Shown here: positions 18,747 through 28,969 of the stretch, piece after piece | Layout of the letters: the number at the start of each line of letters is the position of its first letter | Numbering within the stretch: the first letter of the stretch is position 1 | NCBI GenBank assembly: GCA_016776905.1 | Contig: JADHSM010000001.1 | Coordinates: 45,743 to 109,742, forward strand | Source of the DNA: Planctomycetota bacterium | GTDB lineage: Bacteria; Planctomycetota; UBA8108; UBA1146 | Length of the DNA stretch: 64,000 nt | Direction of reading: 5' to 3' | The notes under the pieces: model-generated | Seen by the model: only the letters and a program-made list of their open reading frames with translations | What the model was told of the DNA's origin: nothing | The model's database searches: none | Made by a program: the position numbers and the translations under genes

Positions 18747-20108
18747 ATGTTGAATAAAACTTTGATCACGACTCTGCTACTGCTTTCGGCATTGTTCATG
18801 TTAGCAGCAGGAGAAGCCCCCATTCAAAATGGGGCTGAGCGTTTAGGTGAAGATTTAACGGCGATGGGTGCCATCCAGGGCGCGAACAAAGATGGATCCA
18901 TCCCTGCATGGACCGGTGGATTGACCCAGCCTGTCGCGGGTTGGAAATCTGGAGATCACTACGCCGATCCCTTCCCTGGCGACAAGGTTCTTTACACGGT
19001 CACCGCAGAGAATGCAGACAAGTACAAGGACATATTGTCCCCAGGGCAATTGGCAATGCTTCAGCGTTATCCCGACACTTGGAAGCTGAACGTCTACCAG
19101 ACGAGACGCACTGCGGCATACCCTGAAGATATCTATGCGGCTGCCAAAGAGAACGCGACGACCGCTTCTCTCACGGATGAAGGAAACGGCGTAAAAGATT
19201 GTCGCCGAACTTCTCCATTCCCAGTCCCTACCGAAGGTCTTCACGGAATATGGAACCATCTTTTGCGTTATCGTGGAAAGTCCACACGCAGAACAGTGGG
19301 GCAGGTCGCTCCGATCGCGGATGGCCGTCACACGATGGTGACCATCGAAGAGGAAGTTCTTTACCGCTATAATGCTGAGGGAATGACTTCGGAATCCGCA
19401 AAAAACATTTTGGCAAAGTTCTATCAGGGAGTCACCGGGCCTCCGCGTCTGGCTGGAACCAAGTTGCATGTCCATGAAACTCTTGATCAGACCTCAGACC
19501 CGAGAAAAGCATGGGTTTACAACAAGGGGTTGAGAAGAGTGCGTCGTGCTCCTCAGGTTTCCTTTGATAACCCAGGGACAGCCAGTGACGGTCAGAGAAC
19601 CAATGACCAGTTCGATATGTTTAATGGAAGCCCCGAGCGTTACGACTGGAAGTTGGTCGGACGCAGAGAGCTACTGGTGCCATACAATTGCTATAAGGCT
19701 CACAATGCAGAGGTCGATCCGAAGAACCTGATCGAGGCCGGTCACTTGAATCCGGATATGCTTCGCTACGAGAAGCACCGTGTTTGGGAAGTCGACGCTG
19801 TCGTTAAAGATGGGACCAGTCACCTCTACAAGAGAAGAACCTTCTTCTTCGATGAGGATTCATGGCAGGCACTTGTGATTGATCAGTATGATAACTCCGA
19901 CAATATTTGGAGAGTCTCAGAGGCATATCCGATCATTTATTATGATCTGCCGGCTCTCTACGACACTCTTCTCTCCCACTATGACCTTGATAATGGTCGT
20001 TACCTTACCATTGGTTTCAATGCCAAGGGGAATGTGGAGAAGTGGGTTTCAGACTTGAAGGACAGTGATTTCTCAGCGGCTTCTCTTTCGAGGCGCGGTA
20101 AGAGGTAG
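18747..20108 (+). CDS. DUF1329-family (LolA-like fold) periplasmic protein
   Basis: 453 aa with a signal peptide. Its size and position in the DUF1302/DUF1329/BNR/RND module support the call. Confidence 0.55.
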   Translation: MLNKTLITTLLLLSALFMLAAGEAPIQNGAERLGEDLTAMGAIQGANKDGSIPAWTGGLTQPVAGWKSGDHYADPFPGDKVLYTVTAENADKYKDILSPGQLAMLQRYPDTWKLNVYQTRRTAAYPEDIYAAAKENATTASLTDEGNGVKDCRRTSPFPVPTEGLHGIWNHLLRYRGKSTRRTVGQVAPIADGRHTMVTIEEEVLYRYNAEGMTSESAKNILAKFYQGVTGPPRLAGTKLHVHETLDQTSDPRKAWVYNKGLRRVRRAPQVSFDNPGTASDGQRTNDQFDMFNGSPERYDWKLVGRRELLVPYNCYKAHNAEVDPKNLIEAGHLNPDMLRYEKHRVWEVDAVVKDGTSHLYKRRTFFFDEDSWQALVIDQYDNSDNIWRVSEAYPIIYYDLPALYDTLLSHYDLDNGRYLTIGFNAKGNVEKWVSDLKDSDFSAASLSRRGKR

Positions 20109-20131
20109 ATCCTTTAGGGCAATTGTGAGTA

Positions 20132-20170
20132 GGGATCGGGCGAGAGGATTTCATCCTCTCGCCCGATCCC
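20132..20170. other. Perfect 18-bp-stem hairpin between the DUF1329 and BNR genes
   Basis: gggatcgggcgagaggat-ttc-atcctctcgcccgatccc. Confidence 0.8.
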
Positions 20171-20312
20171 ATGTCCACTTCCTGATGTTTTGTTATCGAT
20201 GCACTCCTGAATAAAGAAGCCCGCGTTAAAGAAGCACCGCCAAACTTGTGCTCGGGGCAATTTTCTAGGAGCTGTAAGGCGAACGAGATCTTGATCCAAG
20301 AAGAGGTGAACC

Positions 20313-21413
20313 TTGTCTGCAGAAAGATATTCGCCGGGACCCATTCGATCCGTGAAGGGTCGAGGAATAGTAATATTCTTCATTTTCGGGATCCTCCTGT
20401 CGGTGGCAGTCATTCGCTGGTTTGGAGAAACTTCAGACCGGATCGGTCACGAAGTTCTTCTCGCAGAAGCCCAGTCTCCTCAGAAGGACAATCCAAAGAC
20501 TTCTCTTCCGGATTCAGCATTTCTTCTTTCCCCCGATAAGTTTGACACCGCTCTATATCTATCTGGAGCCGTCAGTGGTCAGAGAGTCATTCTTGTCGGT
20601 GATCGCGGAGTCATTTTGGTTTCCTCTGATGGGGGTGAGCAGTTTCAGCAAGTGCCTGTTCCCTCACGACGAATGATTTGCGACGTCACCTTGAGTTCCG
20701 ATGGGACTGCCTTTGCTGTAGGTCATGAAGGATTGGTTTTACGATCCAGAGACTTTGGTGATACATGGGAAAAAGTTCATCACGATCCTGAAGCCGATCA
20801 GGCACTTTTCTCGGTGGTTGATTTGGGGAATGAACACGTCGTGGCTGCGGGGGCCTTTGGTCTGGTGATGGTCACTCGGGACGGCGGAAAGAGCTGGAGT
20901 AAAGGTGAGGTGAACGAAGAAGGACCGCATCTCTATTCGTTGAAGTTGACGGGTGACGAAATTGTGGCAGCAGGAGAATTCGGCTCTGTTCTCAGCAGTA
21001 AAGACGGGGGAGAAACCTGGTCGGCGCTGGAAAGCCCTTATGAAGGAACACTCTTCGATATTCTTGTTACAGAAGATCGTTGGACCTTGATGGGCTTGAG
21101 GGGCAACCTTTGGGAAGGGCGACCGGGTGAATGGACTCAGGTCGATCAGCCTTCTGAAGCCACTCTCTTCGGGGGCTGTTTTCTGGGAGACGGCACGACT
21201 GTGGTCGTTGGAGCAGAGGGTGTGGTCCTGATTCGGTCAGCACAAAGCGGAGAATGGTCCCAGATGAAGCCGAAGAAGGATCGAAGGAGATTACTCTCGA
21301 AACCACTTCTCCTGCCGGCAGGGAGAGTTCTCGGACTCGGTGAAAAAGGATTCGATTCTTTAGAGACGACTCCTGATACCGATACTTCGACAGAGCAGGG
21401 AGGCCCTCGATGA
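20313..21413 (+). CDS. BNR/Asp-box beta-propeller protein (Ycf48-like), membrane-anchored
   Basis: Four Asp-boxes (SSDGGEQF, SRDFGDTW, TRDGGKSW, SKDGGETW) and an N-terminal TM anchor. The start is uncertain: TTG at 20313 or GTG at 20349. Confidence 0.6.
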   Translation: MSAERYSPGPIRSVKGRGIVIFFIFGILLSVAVIRWFGETSDRIGHEVLLAEAQSPQKDNPKTSLPDSAFLLSPDKFDTALYLSGAVSGQRVILVGDRGVILVSSDGGEQFQQVPVPSRRMICDVTLSSDGTAFAVGHEGLVLRSRDFGDTWEKVHHDPEADQALFSVVDLGNEHVVAAGAFGLVMVTRDGGKSWSKGEVNEEGPHLYSLKLTGDEIVAAGEFGSVLSSKDGGETWSALESPYEGTLFDILVTEDRWTLMGLRGNLWEGRPGEWTQVDQPSEATLFGGCFLGDGTTVVVGAEGVVLIRSAQSGEWSQMKPKKDRRRLLSKPLLLPAGRVLGLGEKGFDSLETTPDTDTSTEQGGPR

Positions 21414-23746
21414 GATCTTTGCTCGAATCATGGTTGTTTGGTCGTAGCCGACAAGTCCTCATACTCCTCGCCTTGCTCACAGTCTTCCTGACCTTTCAGG
21501 CGACTCGTCTCGCCATCGATGCCGGCTTTGAAAAACAACTCCCCAAAGATCATCCTTGGATGGATGTTTTCAGGGAATATCAATCTCAATTCGGTGGAGC
21601 CAACAGATTACTGATCGCTGTCAGGGACAGGGATGGAAATCTCTTTAATCCGGACTCTCTTGAAAAGTTGAATAAAGTCACCCGAGCCCTTGGATCTGTG
21701 CCAGGGGTGGATCGCTCTTCTATCACCTCGATCTTCACCCCTAACGTTCGGTTTGTAAGAATCGTTGAGGGAGGCTTTGAGGGCGGAAATGTGGTGCCCG
21801 CCGATTGGAAGCCTACTGAGGAGATGGCTGAACTGGTCAGAGAAAATGCTCTCCAATCAGGTCAGGTTGGTCGACTCGTTGCCAATGACTTTTCTGCTGC
21901 CATGGTCACTGCGACTTTGGTGGAGATGGATCCAAATACAAAAGAAGCTCCTGACCCTATTGAGGTCGGGCGTCTTCTCGAAGAAATGATTCGTGATCCC
22001 TTTGTCGATGACAAAGTGGACATTCATATGATCGGGTTTTCGAAAGCGGTACACGATATCGCTTCTGGAGCCGCTCAAGTAGCAGCCTTCTTCCTCATAG
22101 CCCTTGCTGTGACGGCCCTCTTCGTACGAGGGTTTACCCGTTCATGGAAGTTGACACTCTTCCCTTTATTGTCCTCTTTGTTGGCCGTTGTCTGGACAAT
22201 GGGTGGGGTAACGACACTCGGGTATGGTCTCGATCCTATGTCGATCCTTGTTCCATTCCTGATCTTCGCCATCGCCATGTCGCATGGCGTTCAAATGGTA
22301 GGGGCATTCTCCTCGGCTTTAAGTCAGGGAAGTCTTCCAGCGGAGGCGTCAAAGAAAGCATTTGGCCAGTTATTTGTTCCTGGAGTCGTTGCGCTTCTCA
22401 GTGATTCCGTAGGGTTTTTGACCCTTCTGTTTATTCCGATTCAGGTGATTCAAGACTTAGCAGTGATGTCTGCTATAGGCGTGGTGTTGATCTTTGGAAC
22501 CGGTTTCATGCTACTGCCGATTTTGTTGGCAAAGATGGCTCAAGACGAAAAACTTGTTCAACGACTCTCGCAACCGATGCCCGTTCGTGAAGGACTTTGG
22601 GCACGTATAAACCTTGCGACGAAACCCAGAGTTGCATTTTTACTGGTGATGCTGGCTCTGACCGGAGGAATGCTCGCCTATGATTCTTCGACACGTGTCA
22701 TCATCGGAGACGCCGATAAGGGCTTGCCAGAGCTTCGTCCAGGATCTCGTTACAATGTAGACTCTGTCACCATTGCGGACTCATTCTCAATAGGTGTGGA
22801 TTTGATGACGGTCATCGTCGAATCTCATCCGGATGGAAGTATCGATCATGACGTGATGGATTTGATCGATGAGTTCCAATGGAGAATCTCTCACGTCGAA
22901 GGTGTTCGTTCGACGATCTCCCTCCCGCAGGCTGCGCGTATTCTCGCGGCTGCATGGAGTGAAGGTTCTCCTGTATGGAGAGAACTGCCGAGAAACCAAG
23001 ATGTTCTGATGCAGTCCTTGTCGAGTATCGAAACCTCGACAGGATTACTGAACTCGGACGCCAGTGTGCTTCCCGTTATGATTTTCACTGAAGACCATAA
23101 AGCCGAGACGATCAAGAGAGTGACCGCTGCTGTCGAAGATTTTGATCGGGAGTTTGGGATTGAAGGAACCGCTAGGTTCTTGTTGGCAACTGGCAATGTG
23201 GGTGTCATGGCAGCGACGAATGAAGTCGTTTCAGCCGCCCAAATGCGCATGTTGTTGACCATCTATGGTGTCGTCATCGTGCTAGGACTCTTCGCCTTTA
23301 GGTCTATTCGGGCAACTCTTTGTGTGGTGTTACCGCTCTGTCTCGTGAGTGTCTTGTGTTACTCATTGATGGTCGCATTGGGAATCGGGCTGAAGGTTTC
23401 AACCTTGCCCGTGACGGCTCTGGGAGTGGGAATCGGAGTTGACTACGGAATATACCTGACGCATCAACTGTTGATTGCAAGAAGGTCCGGTCACTCATTA
23501 GGAGAGAGTTATCTCCAAGCCCTCAGGCGCTCAGGGAATGCCGTTCTCGTCACCGGTTTAACATTGGCTATCGGTGTTGCAACTTGGATCTTCTCTGACC
23601 TTAAGCTTCAGGCAGACATGGGCGTATTGCTGAGTTTCATGTTTGCCGGGAACATGATCGGCGCGCTGTTGCTTCTCCCCGCGCTTCATCGGTTCTTGCC
23701 GGGAGGAAAACCTGAATCAGATATCGCTTCAGAAACGGATCAATAA
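21410..23746 (+). CDS. RND-superfamily exporter, MMPL/HpnN-like (12 TM, two periplasmic loops)
   Basis: 778 aa with two repeated 6-TM halves carrying MMPL-like motifs. Its start overlaps the BNR gene stop. Confidence 0.75.
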   Translation: MRSLLESWLFGRSRQVLILLALLTVFLTFQATRLAIDAGFEKQLPKDHPWMDVFREYQSQFGGANRLLIAVRDRDGNLFNPDSLEKLNKVTRALGSVPGVDRSSITSIFTPNVRFVRIVEGGFEGGNVVPADWKPTEEMAELVRENALQSGQVGRLVANDFSAAMVTATLVEMDPNTKEAPDPIEVGRLLEEMIRDPFVDDKVDIHMIGFSKAVHDIASGAAQVAAFFLIALAVTALFVRGFTRSWKLTLFPLLSSLLAVVWTMGGVTTLGYGLDPMSILVPFLIFAIAMSHGVQMVGAFSSALSQGSLPAEASKKAFGQLFVPGVVALLSDSVGFLTLLFIPIQVIQDLAVMSAIGVVLIFGTGFMLLPILLAKMAQDEKLVQRLSQPMPVREGLWARINLATKPRVAFLLVMLALTGGMLAYDSSTRVIIGDADKGLPELRPGSRYNVDSVTIADSFSIGVDLMTVIVESHPDGSIDHDVMDLIDEFQWRISHVEGVRSTISLPQAARILAAAWSEGSPVWRELPRNQDVLMQSLSSIETSTGLLNSDASVLPVMIFTEDHKAETIKRVTAAVEDFDREFGIEGTARFLLATGNVGVMAATNEVVSAAQMRMLLTIYGVVIVLGLFAFRSIRATLCVVLPLCLVSVLCYSLMVALGIGLKVSTLPVTALGVGIGVDYGIYLTHQLLIARRSGHSLGESYLQALRRSGNAVLVTGLTLAIGVATWIFSDLKLQADMGVLLSFMFAGNMIGALLLLPALHRFLPGGKPESDIASETDQ

Positions 23747-23760
23747 TCCCGAAGTTCTGA

Positions 23761-26262
23761 TTAGAGTTTTTTACGTCCACTCGAATTCAAGAGTCCATTC
23801 GTGACTTCTTGGGAACTCGCGGGGGCAACTCCTGCCGGGAAGTGATCTACAGTGATGGCTTCTTGGCGCGCTTGTTCAGCGGCGTGTAATCGAATAGCAC
23901 CTTCTGCGTCGATCACTCCAGCTTCGACTCCCTTTTCGATCAGAGAGGGGAGTGGGCCCTTCGGAAGTATTCCTTTTCGGACCGCGTCCTTCAGAGCTTT
24001 TTTATCCGGTTGTGCTTTTACAACTTTTTGAAGCGCATCTTCGAGCATCCAGAGTCCTGGTGAAGAGTTCGGACGGGTGAGGACATTATTCGTTAATGAG
24101 ACCCAGAGATCTTTACCGTCGAGGAGCTGTTCTCCGATGCGGTCAGCGAGTTTGTCGGACGGCCCGTTGCTTCGACGTCCTCCAGGGACACCGAGAAGGC
24201 GGAGTCCCCATGCTGCTGGGCGAAGGGGCAGATTCGCAAGGAATCCTCCCATTGCTTCTTCCGTATTCTGAACACAGGTTTGCAACAAGTAATCGACAAG
24301 GTCTTTGTCTCTTGCCAAACGACCCTCGTCTTGGAATTTCTTGAGTGTGACTGATCCGACAACCATCCAAGTCAGAGCATCTGCCAAACGCCCGGTCAGG
24401 TGTTCTTTTCGTTTGAGAGATCCTCCAAGAGTCCCCATCGCTGCGTCTGTGCATAAAGCAAAGGCACTGGAGAGAGCTGTGAGACGTTGATGACTTCTTC
24501 CGATAGAACCGGTGAAGTGTTTACTGGCGAATCTTGCTCCTGTGATGCGATGGAGCAATGTTCTGACTCCATTAGATTTCACGAATCCGACATGACCCCA
24601 GAAGGCTTTATCAAAATCGCGAAGATTTCCGGATTCAACTGCGGCCAATTCCTGCTGAACGAAGGGGTGACAGCGCACCGCTCCCTGACCAAAGATGATC
24701 AGCGTTCGGGTCAGAATATTGGCGCCCTCTACCGTAATCCCCACGGGAACGGTGGAGTATGCATTGGCCATTTCATTGCGAGGACCGCGACATATCGCAT
24801 TTCCTGCGACGACGTCCATGCAGTCATTGACGACGTCACGCAGGCGTTCGGTCGCGTAGGCTTTTGCCACTGCACTGAGAACGGCAGGTTTTTCGCCGCT
24901 ATCGACAGCAAGAGTGGTCGATAGCCTCAAGGCATCCAGTGAATAGACATGAGCGGCAGAGCGAACTAAGGGCTCTTGAACGCCCTCAAACTTCCCGATC
25001 GGCATGCCGAATTGTTCTCGAACAGAAGCGTGTGCTCCAGCCACTCGTAGGGACAACTGGGCTCCTCCGGTCGAACTCGAAGGAAGCATGATGCCTCGAC
25101 CCGCAGAGAGGCACTGCATCAGCATGGTCCAGCCTTTGCCACAGCCTTCGCGTCCACCGATGACGGTGTCGAGTGAGGCAAATACGTCCCGTCCGCGAGT
25201 CGGGCCATTGAGGAAGGGGACGCCGAGGGGGTCGTGTCTCTCGCCAGAATCGACGCCGGGTGTATCAGAAGGGATGAGAGCACAGGTGATACCGAGGTCT
25301 TCCTTACCACCCAATAGGCGTTCAGGATCATAGAGCCTGAAAGCCACACCGATCAGTGACGCTCTAGGAGCAAGAGTGATGTATCTCTTTTCCCAGTGAA
25401 TCCGCATTCCCAGTACTTTCTGGCCGTTCACTTCTTCCTCGACAATGACACCATGGGAAGACATCGATCCAGCAGCATCTGATCCCGCACCGGGTTCGGT
25501 GAGAGCAAAACAAGGAATCTCTTGGCCTTTTGCCAATTTGGGGAGAAGAGTTTTCTTTTGTTGGTCGGTTCCATAATGAAGGAGGAGTTCGCCAGGGCCC
25601 AACGAGTTTGGAACCATGATGGTAATCGCGAGAGCATTACTGACGGTGGCCGCCTTGGAAATGATGGTTGATATGGCGGTCGCGGAGAATCCAAGCCCAC
25701 CATATTCCTGAGGAATGATCAGGCCAAAAAATCCATTGTCGCAAAGGAACTGAAAAGTTTCTTCGGATATGGCGCCCTCTTGGCGGTCACGCCAACAGTC
25801 GACCATAGAAGCGAGTTGGGCGAGGGGACCGTCGATGAACTCTTGCTCACGAGGTGATAACTCGGAGGTCCCTTGTCCAAGATAGGTATGCCAGTCAGGG
25901 CTACCACTGAAGAGTTCGCCATCCCAACCGACAGTTCCACCTTCGAGGGCTTCCTTTTCAGTCTCACTGATGGGAGGAAGGACACTTTTTACTGCGATCA
26001 TCGCCGGCTTGCTCAAGATGACAGCACGCAAGGGTGGTACGAGCGCGAACAAGGTGAAGAGGGCAAAGGAGACGAGGTAAACTCCCTGAGCATCCCAAGT
26101 GAAGACCTCGGGGATCCCTACGAGTTTGGGATCAAATGCAATGATGGAGCCGATCAGTAGCAGGCCCCATCGAACCTTGCCATAGGCAATAATGAACAGG
26201 CCTGGTAAGAAAGCGATCAACCAGGGAACTAACTTTTCAGCGAAGGTGCTCAGTTCATTCAT
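23761..26262 (-). CDS. fadE: Large acyl-CoA dehydrogenase, FadE type
   Basis: 833 aa. It has an N-terminal membrane segment, then ACAD N, middle and C domains (GGLGFSATAISTIISK...) and a long C-terminal extension, as in E. coli FadE. Confidence 0.8.
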   Translation of the reverse strand: MNELSTFAEKLVPWLIAFLPGLFIIAYGKVRWGLLLIGSIIAFDPKLVGIPEVFTWDAQGVYLVSFALFTLFALVPPLRAVILSKPAMIAVKSVLPPISETEKEALEGGTVGWDGELFSGSPDWHTYLGQGTSELSPREQEFIDGPLAQLASMVDCWRDRQEGAISEETFQFLCDNGFFGLIIPQEYGGLGFSATAISTIISKAATVSNALAITIMVPNSLGPGELLLHYGTDQQKKTLLPKLAKGQEIPCFALTEPGAGSDAAGSMSSHGVIVEEEVNGQKVLGMRIHWEKRYITLAPRASLIGVAFRLYDPERLLGGKEDLGITCALIPSDTPGVDSGERHDPLGVPFLNGPTRGRDVFASLDTVIGGREGCGKGWTMLMQCLSAGRGIMLPSSSTGGAQLSLRVAGAHASVREQFGMPIGKFEGVQEPLVRSAAHVYSLDALRLSTTLAVDSGEKPAVLSAVAKAYATERLRDVVNDCMDVVAGNAICRGPRNEMANAYSTVPVGITVEGANILTRTLIIFGQGAVRCHPFVQQELAAVESGNLRDFDKAFWGHVGFVKSNGVRTLLHRITGARFASKHFTGSIGRSHQRLTALSSAFALCTDAAMGTLGGSLKRKEHLTGRLADALTWMVVGSVTLKKFQDEGRLARDKDLVDYLLQTCVQNTEEAMGGFLANLPLRPAAWGLRLLGVPGGRRSNGPSDKLADRIGEQLLDGKDLWVSLTNNVLTRPNSSPGLWMLEDALQKVVKAQPDKKALKDAVRKGILPKGPLPSLIEKGVEAGVIDAEGAIRLHAAEQARQEAITVDHFPAGVAPASSQEVTNGLLNSSGRKKL

Positions 26263-26282
26263 GGATCATGACTCCTGTTCAA

Positions 26283-26945
26283 TCAGGGGACTGTAATCAT
26301 CTCCCCATTCAGTCTCTCATCATCTGACAAAAGATCCAAACCTAGTAATGACCCTAGCATATCCAGAATTTCGAGGGGATTGACGCCGAGATCGACATTG
26401 AGCAGTACCAGAGTGCCAGAGATGGCGATCCATGAGTCCCTACTTCTTCGCTGTAGAGGTGTCAATTGTTGCAAAGATGGAGCCTGACTCAGCAGCGGAT
26501 TGGGGATTTGTTCGTGGAGGCCGAACAAGGAGCAACTCTCTCCCTCAACATAATGGTTCCCCATCAATATGAGAGCTCCGAGTAAGCCGCGCTTTCGATT
26601 TTCGAATTCTTCCTCAGGAGTCGACTCTGGCCAGGGTGATTCATAGAAAGGAAATCCAAGTAGCAGAGTTGGAAAAGCCGCTGTTCGAAGCATTCCTGCG
26701 GGTTGTCCCGGACGAGGGTCCCAACCCACAGTACTCATTCGAGTGATCGACCCGTCTCCAAATCCTACGGCGGGCTGGATCAGTGAGGTCACCTCTGCTT
26801 CTGCGTAGAGACCCACGCCCACTCCCACTTTGGCGCGAAAGCAGTCGGTGACATCTCTTTTGAATGCGCTGGAGCAGCCGCAGAGCAGGGGAGTGATCCC
26901 TAGCAAGATCGCCCATTTTAGGTGCGATTGTTTCCCCTGAGACAT
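26283..26945 (-). CDS. Lipoprotein, unknown function
   Basis: Lipobox LLCGCSS after the signal peptide. Confidence 0.4.
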   Translation of the reverse strand: MSQGKQSHLKWAILLGITPLLCGCSSAFKRDVTDCFRAKVGVGVGLYAEAEVTSLIQPAVGFGDGSITRMSTVGWDPRPGQPAGMLRTAAFPTLLLGFPFYESPWPESTPEEEFENRKRGLLGALILMGNHYVEGESCSLFGLHEQIPNPLLSQAPSLQQLTPLQRRSRDSWIAISGTLVLLNVDLGVNPLEILDMLGSLLGLDLLSDDERLNGEMITVP

Positions 26946-27102
26946 GTTGGATGGACCTTCCCGGTGACGTGTTGAGGGTTGATATGCGAATCAGAGACCA
27001 GATTCGGACAAAATCAGAACTGGTGATCTGCTGTAGTTCTTTTAACATTCGTATCAGTATCAAATCTACCACTACTAGTCTCCACGACCGGTTGTCTCGT
27101 GT

Positions 27103-27157
27103 GAACGAAATTTTTGAACGGTGATTTGAACGGTGATTTGAACGGTAATTTGAACGG
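27103..27157. repeat. 12-bp tandem repeat (gaacggtgattt), about 4.5 copies, in the 5' region of the HEAT/vWA gene
   Basis: Read directly. A second 12-bp x2 duplication (ctcttctttgct) lies in-frame at 27285-27310. Confidence 0.85.
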
Positions 27158-27164
27158 AATTGGG

Positions 27165-28928
27165 ATGTCCCACATGACAGAACTCCTGCAAGTTCAGCCG
27201 AGCTTGATTTCAGCGTCGAGAAATGGGCATCTTTTTCTTCAGAGTGGCGACGGCTCGGAGATCAAAATTGCTCGAGTGACCTTCGCTCTCTTCTTTGCTC
27301 TCTTCTTTGCTTTTGCGCTGACATCTTTGAATACCTTAGAGGCCCAAAAGCCTGATTTTCCCAAGGAAGTGATCGACAGTGAGCGCTCTGTCCGCCGGCA
27401 AAGCGATGCGGCGACAGCGGCTCGTAAAGAAGTTCAATCCGCAGTGCAAAATAAAAAGTATCTCCCTGTTTTTCCGTTGTTAGGAGATGCTTCAGGGAGG
27501 GTACGGGATGCGGTTTTCAAACTCTTGGTCGATCTTTCTTCTGAAGAGATGCTCTCTTTACTCGAGTCTTGGAATCGCAGTCCTTTACAAAAAGGAGATC
27601 CCGGAAAGAAAGATCGTATCGAAATCCAGCTGGCCGAAATTCTACATCGGCATCCGGTCACAGGATCGCATCCCTTCCTCCTGGGAATCGTGTCTTCTCG
27701 TAAATCGAGTGATACCGCCCGGGAGTTAGCGGTCTCTGCATTGGGGAATTTTGACTCTCAAACTTTGCCCAAGAAAACAATTCAAGTGATAGAGAAAATG
27801 GCTCAGAGGGATAAATCTTGGTGGGTCCGTGGTGAAGCGATTCGTGTCCTCGCGAAATTGACGGGAGACGCATCCTTGAAAGTGATCGACAAAGCCTGGC
27901 AAGAGAAGAAGTCACTCTCTTTAAGGCTTGCCAGTCTCCAAGCTCTGGCCGAAGTGGATCCTGCTGCAGCCGTTGAGCGCAGTATGGAAATGGTCAGGGA
28001 GGGGGTCAAAGATCGTCAGGGATATTGGGGAGCACGCCTTCGAAGAGGCGCTTTTCAAGTCTTGTCACAACAAGGGAGTCTACTCGCGAGAAGTGAAAGA
28101 GCGCCCTTTATCGAAGAGTTGATATCTCTGGCAGGAGAACTCGATCAGCGCTTTCAGGAGAGTTGTATGCTGACTCTCGAAGGTTTGACAGGAATATCCG
28201 ATCTCGGAAAGAGTGTCGTGGCTTGGGATTCTTGGTGGCGCAGTCGAGGACCCGATTGGATTGCGGGGGAAGGCGAAAAAGAGTCGCCTGAATCTGAAAG
28301 AGGAGATGGGGCCGGGGATTCAGAAGAACAAGGACAGACAAGGGTCGTCGAATATCATGGGATACCCATCGATTCTCGTCATATTGTTTTTGTCTCGGAT
28401 GTCTCGGGTGGAATGTCGAGAACTTTGGATGGATCTTTTGATGGAGACGGTCTTCGTCGTATCGAGGTGGCGAAATCTGAACTGCTCAAGGTTTTGGGAT
28501 CTTTACCAGGAAATGCTCTGATACAGGTCGTCTTTTTTGCCAGCCAGAGGATCCCCGTACTCTCAGCACCTCAATTGTTGTCACGTTGCATCCAGTCCGT
28601 CAGCCAGAAAATAAAAGATCAGGGAGTTCCCCAGGGGCCCGGTGCCGCAAGAGGGAACCTGTATTCACCCTTGCGTTTCGCTTTGTTCGAACCCGGCATC
28701 GATACCATCATATTGCTCACTGAAGGCGCAGCGACGGAGGGATTTATTCATGACGGCGATCGTATCCGTTGGCATGTCCGGCGTTGGAATCGATGGGGAC
28801 AGGTCAAAATCCATGTGCTGTCTTTGGGTTCTCTTTCGGGTAAAAACAGGCAGTTCTTAGAAGGCTTGGCCACCGATAACGGAGGCGAATTTCACGATAT
28901 CGATGATCGCTTTAAGGCTGGGAAGTAG
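27165..28928 (+). CDS. HEAT-repeat protein with a C-terminal von Willebrand factor A (vWA) domain, signal-anchored
   Basis: HEAT-like repeats in the middle, and a C-terminal vWA with a MIDAS-like FVSDVSGGMS. ATG at 27165; the ORF-track TTG start reads through the repeat as MNGDLNGDL. Confidence 0.55.
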   Translation: MSHMTELLQVQPSLISASRNGHLFLQSGDGSEIKIARVTFALFFALFFAFALTSLNTLEAQKPDFPKEVIDSERSVRRQSDAATAARKEVQSAVQNKKYLPVFPLLGDASGRVRDAVFKLLVDLSSEEMLSLLESWNRSPLQKGDPGKKDRIEIQLAEILHRHPVTGSHPFLLGIVSSRKSSDTARELAVSALGNFDSQTLPKKTIQVIEKMAQRDKSWWVRGEAIRVLAKLTGDASLKVIDKAWQEKKSLSLRLASLQALAEVDPAAAVERSMEMVREGVKDRQGYWGARLRRGAFQVLSQQGSLLARSERAPFIEELISLAGELDQRFQESCMLTLEGLTGISDLGKSVVAWDSWWRSRGPDWIAGEGEKESPESERGDGAGDSEEQGQTRVVEYHGIPIDSRHIVFVSDVSGGMSRTLDGSFDGDGLRRIEVAKSELLKVLGSLPGNALIQVVFFASQRIPVLSAPQLLSRCIQSVSQKIKDQGVPQGPGAARGNLYSPLRFALFEPGIDTIILLTEGAATEGFIHDGDRIRWHVRRWNRWGQVKIHVLSLGSLSGKNRQFLEGLATDNGGEFHDIDDRFKAGK

Positions 28929-28969
28929 AAGAAGCCGTACTGGACTTCTCGATGAGGTGCCCCGTCCAA

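Noticed and set aside
20114-20539. ORFs 20114..20413(-) and 20246..20539(+) around the BNR gene start
   Set aside because: They overlap the strong hairpin and the signal-anchor region of the BNR protein in other frames, with no features of real proteins.
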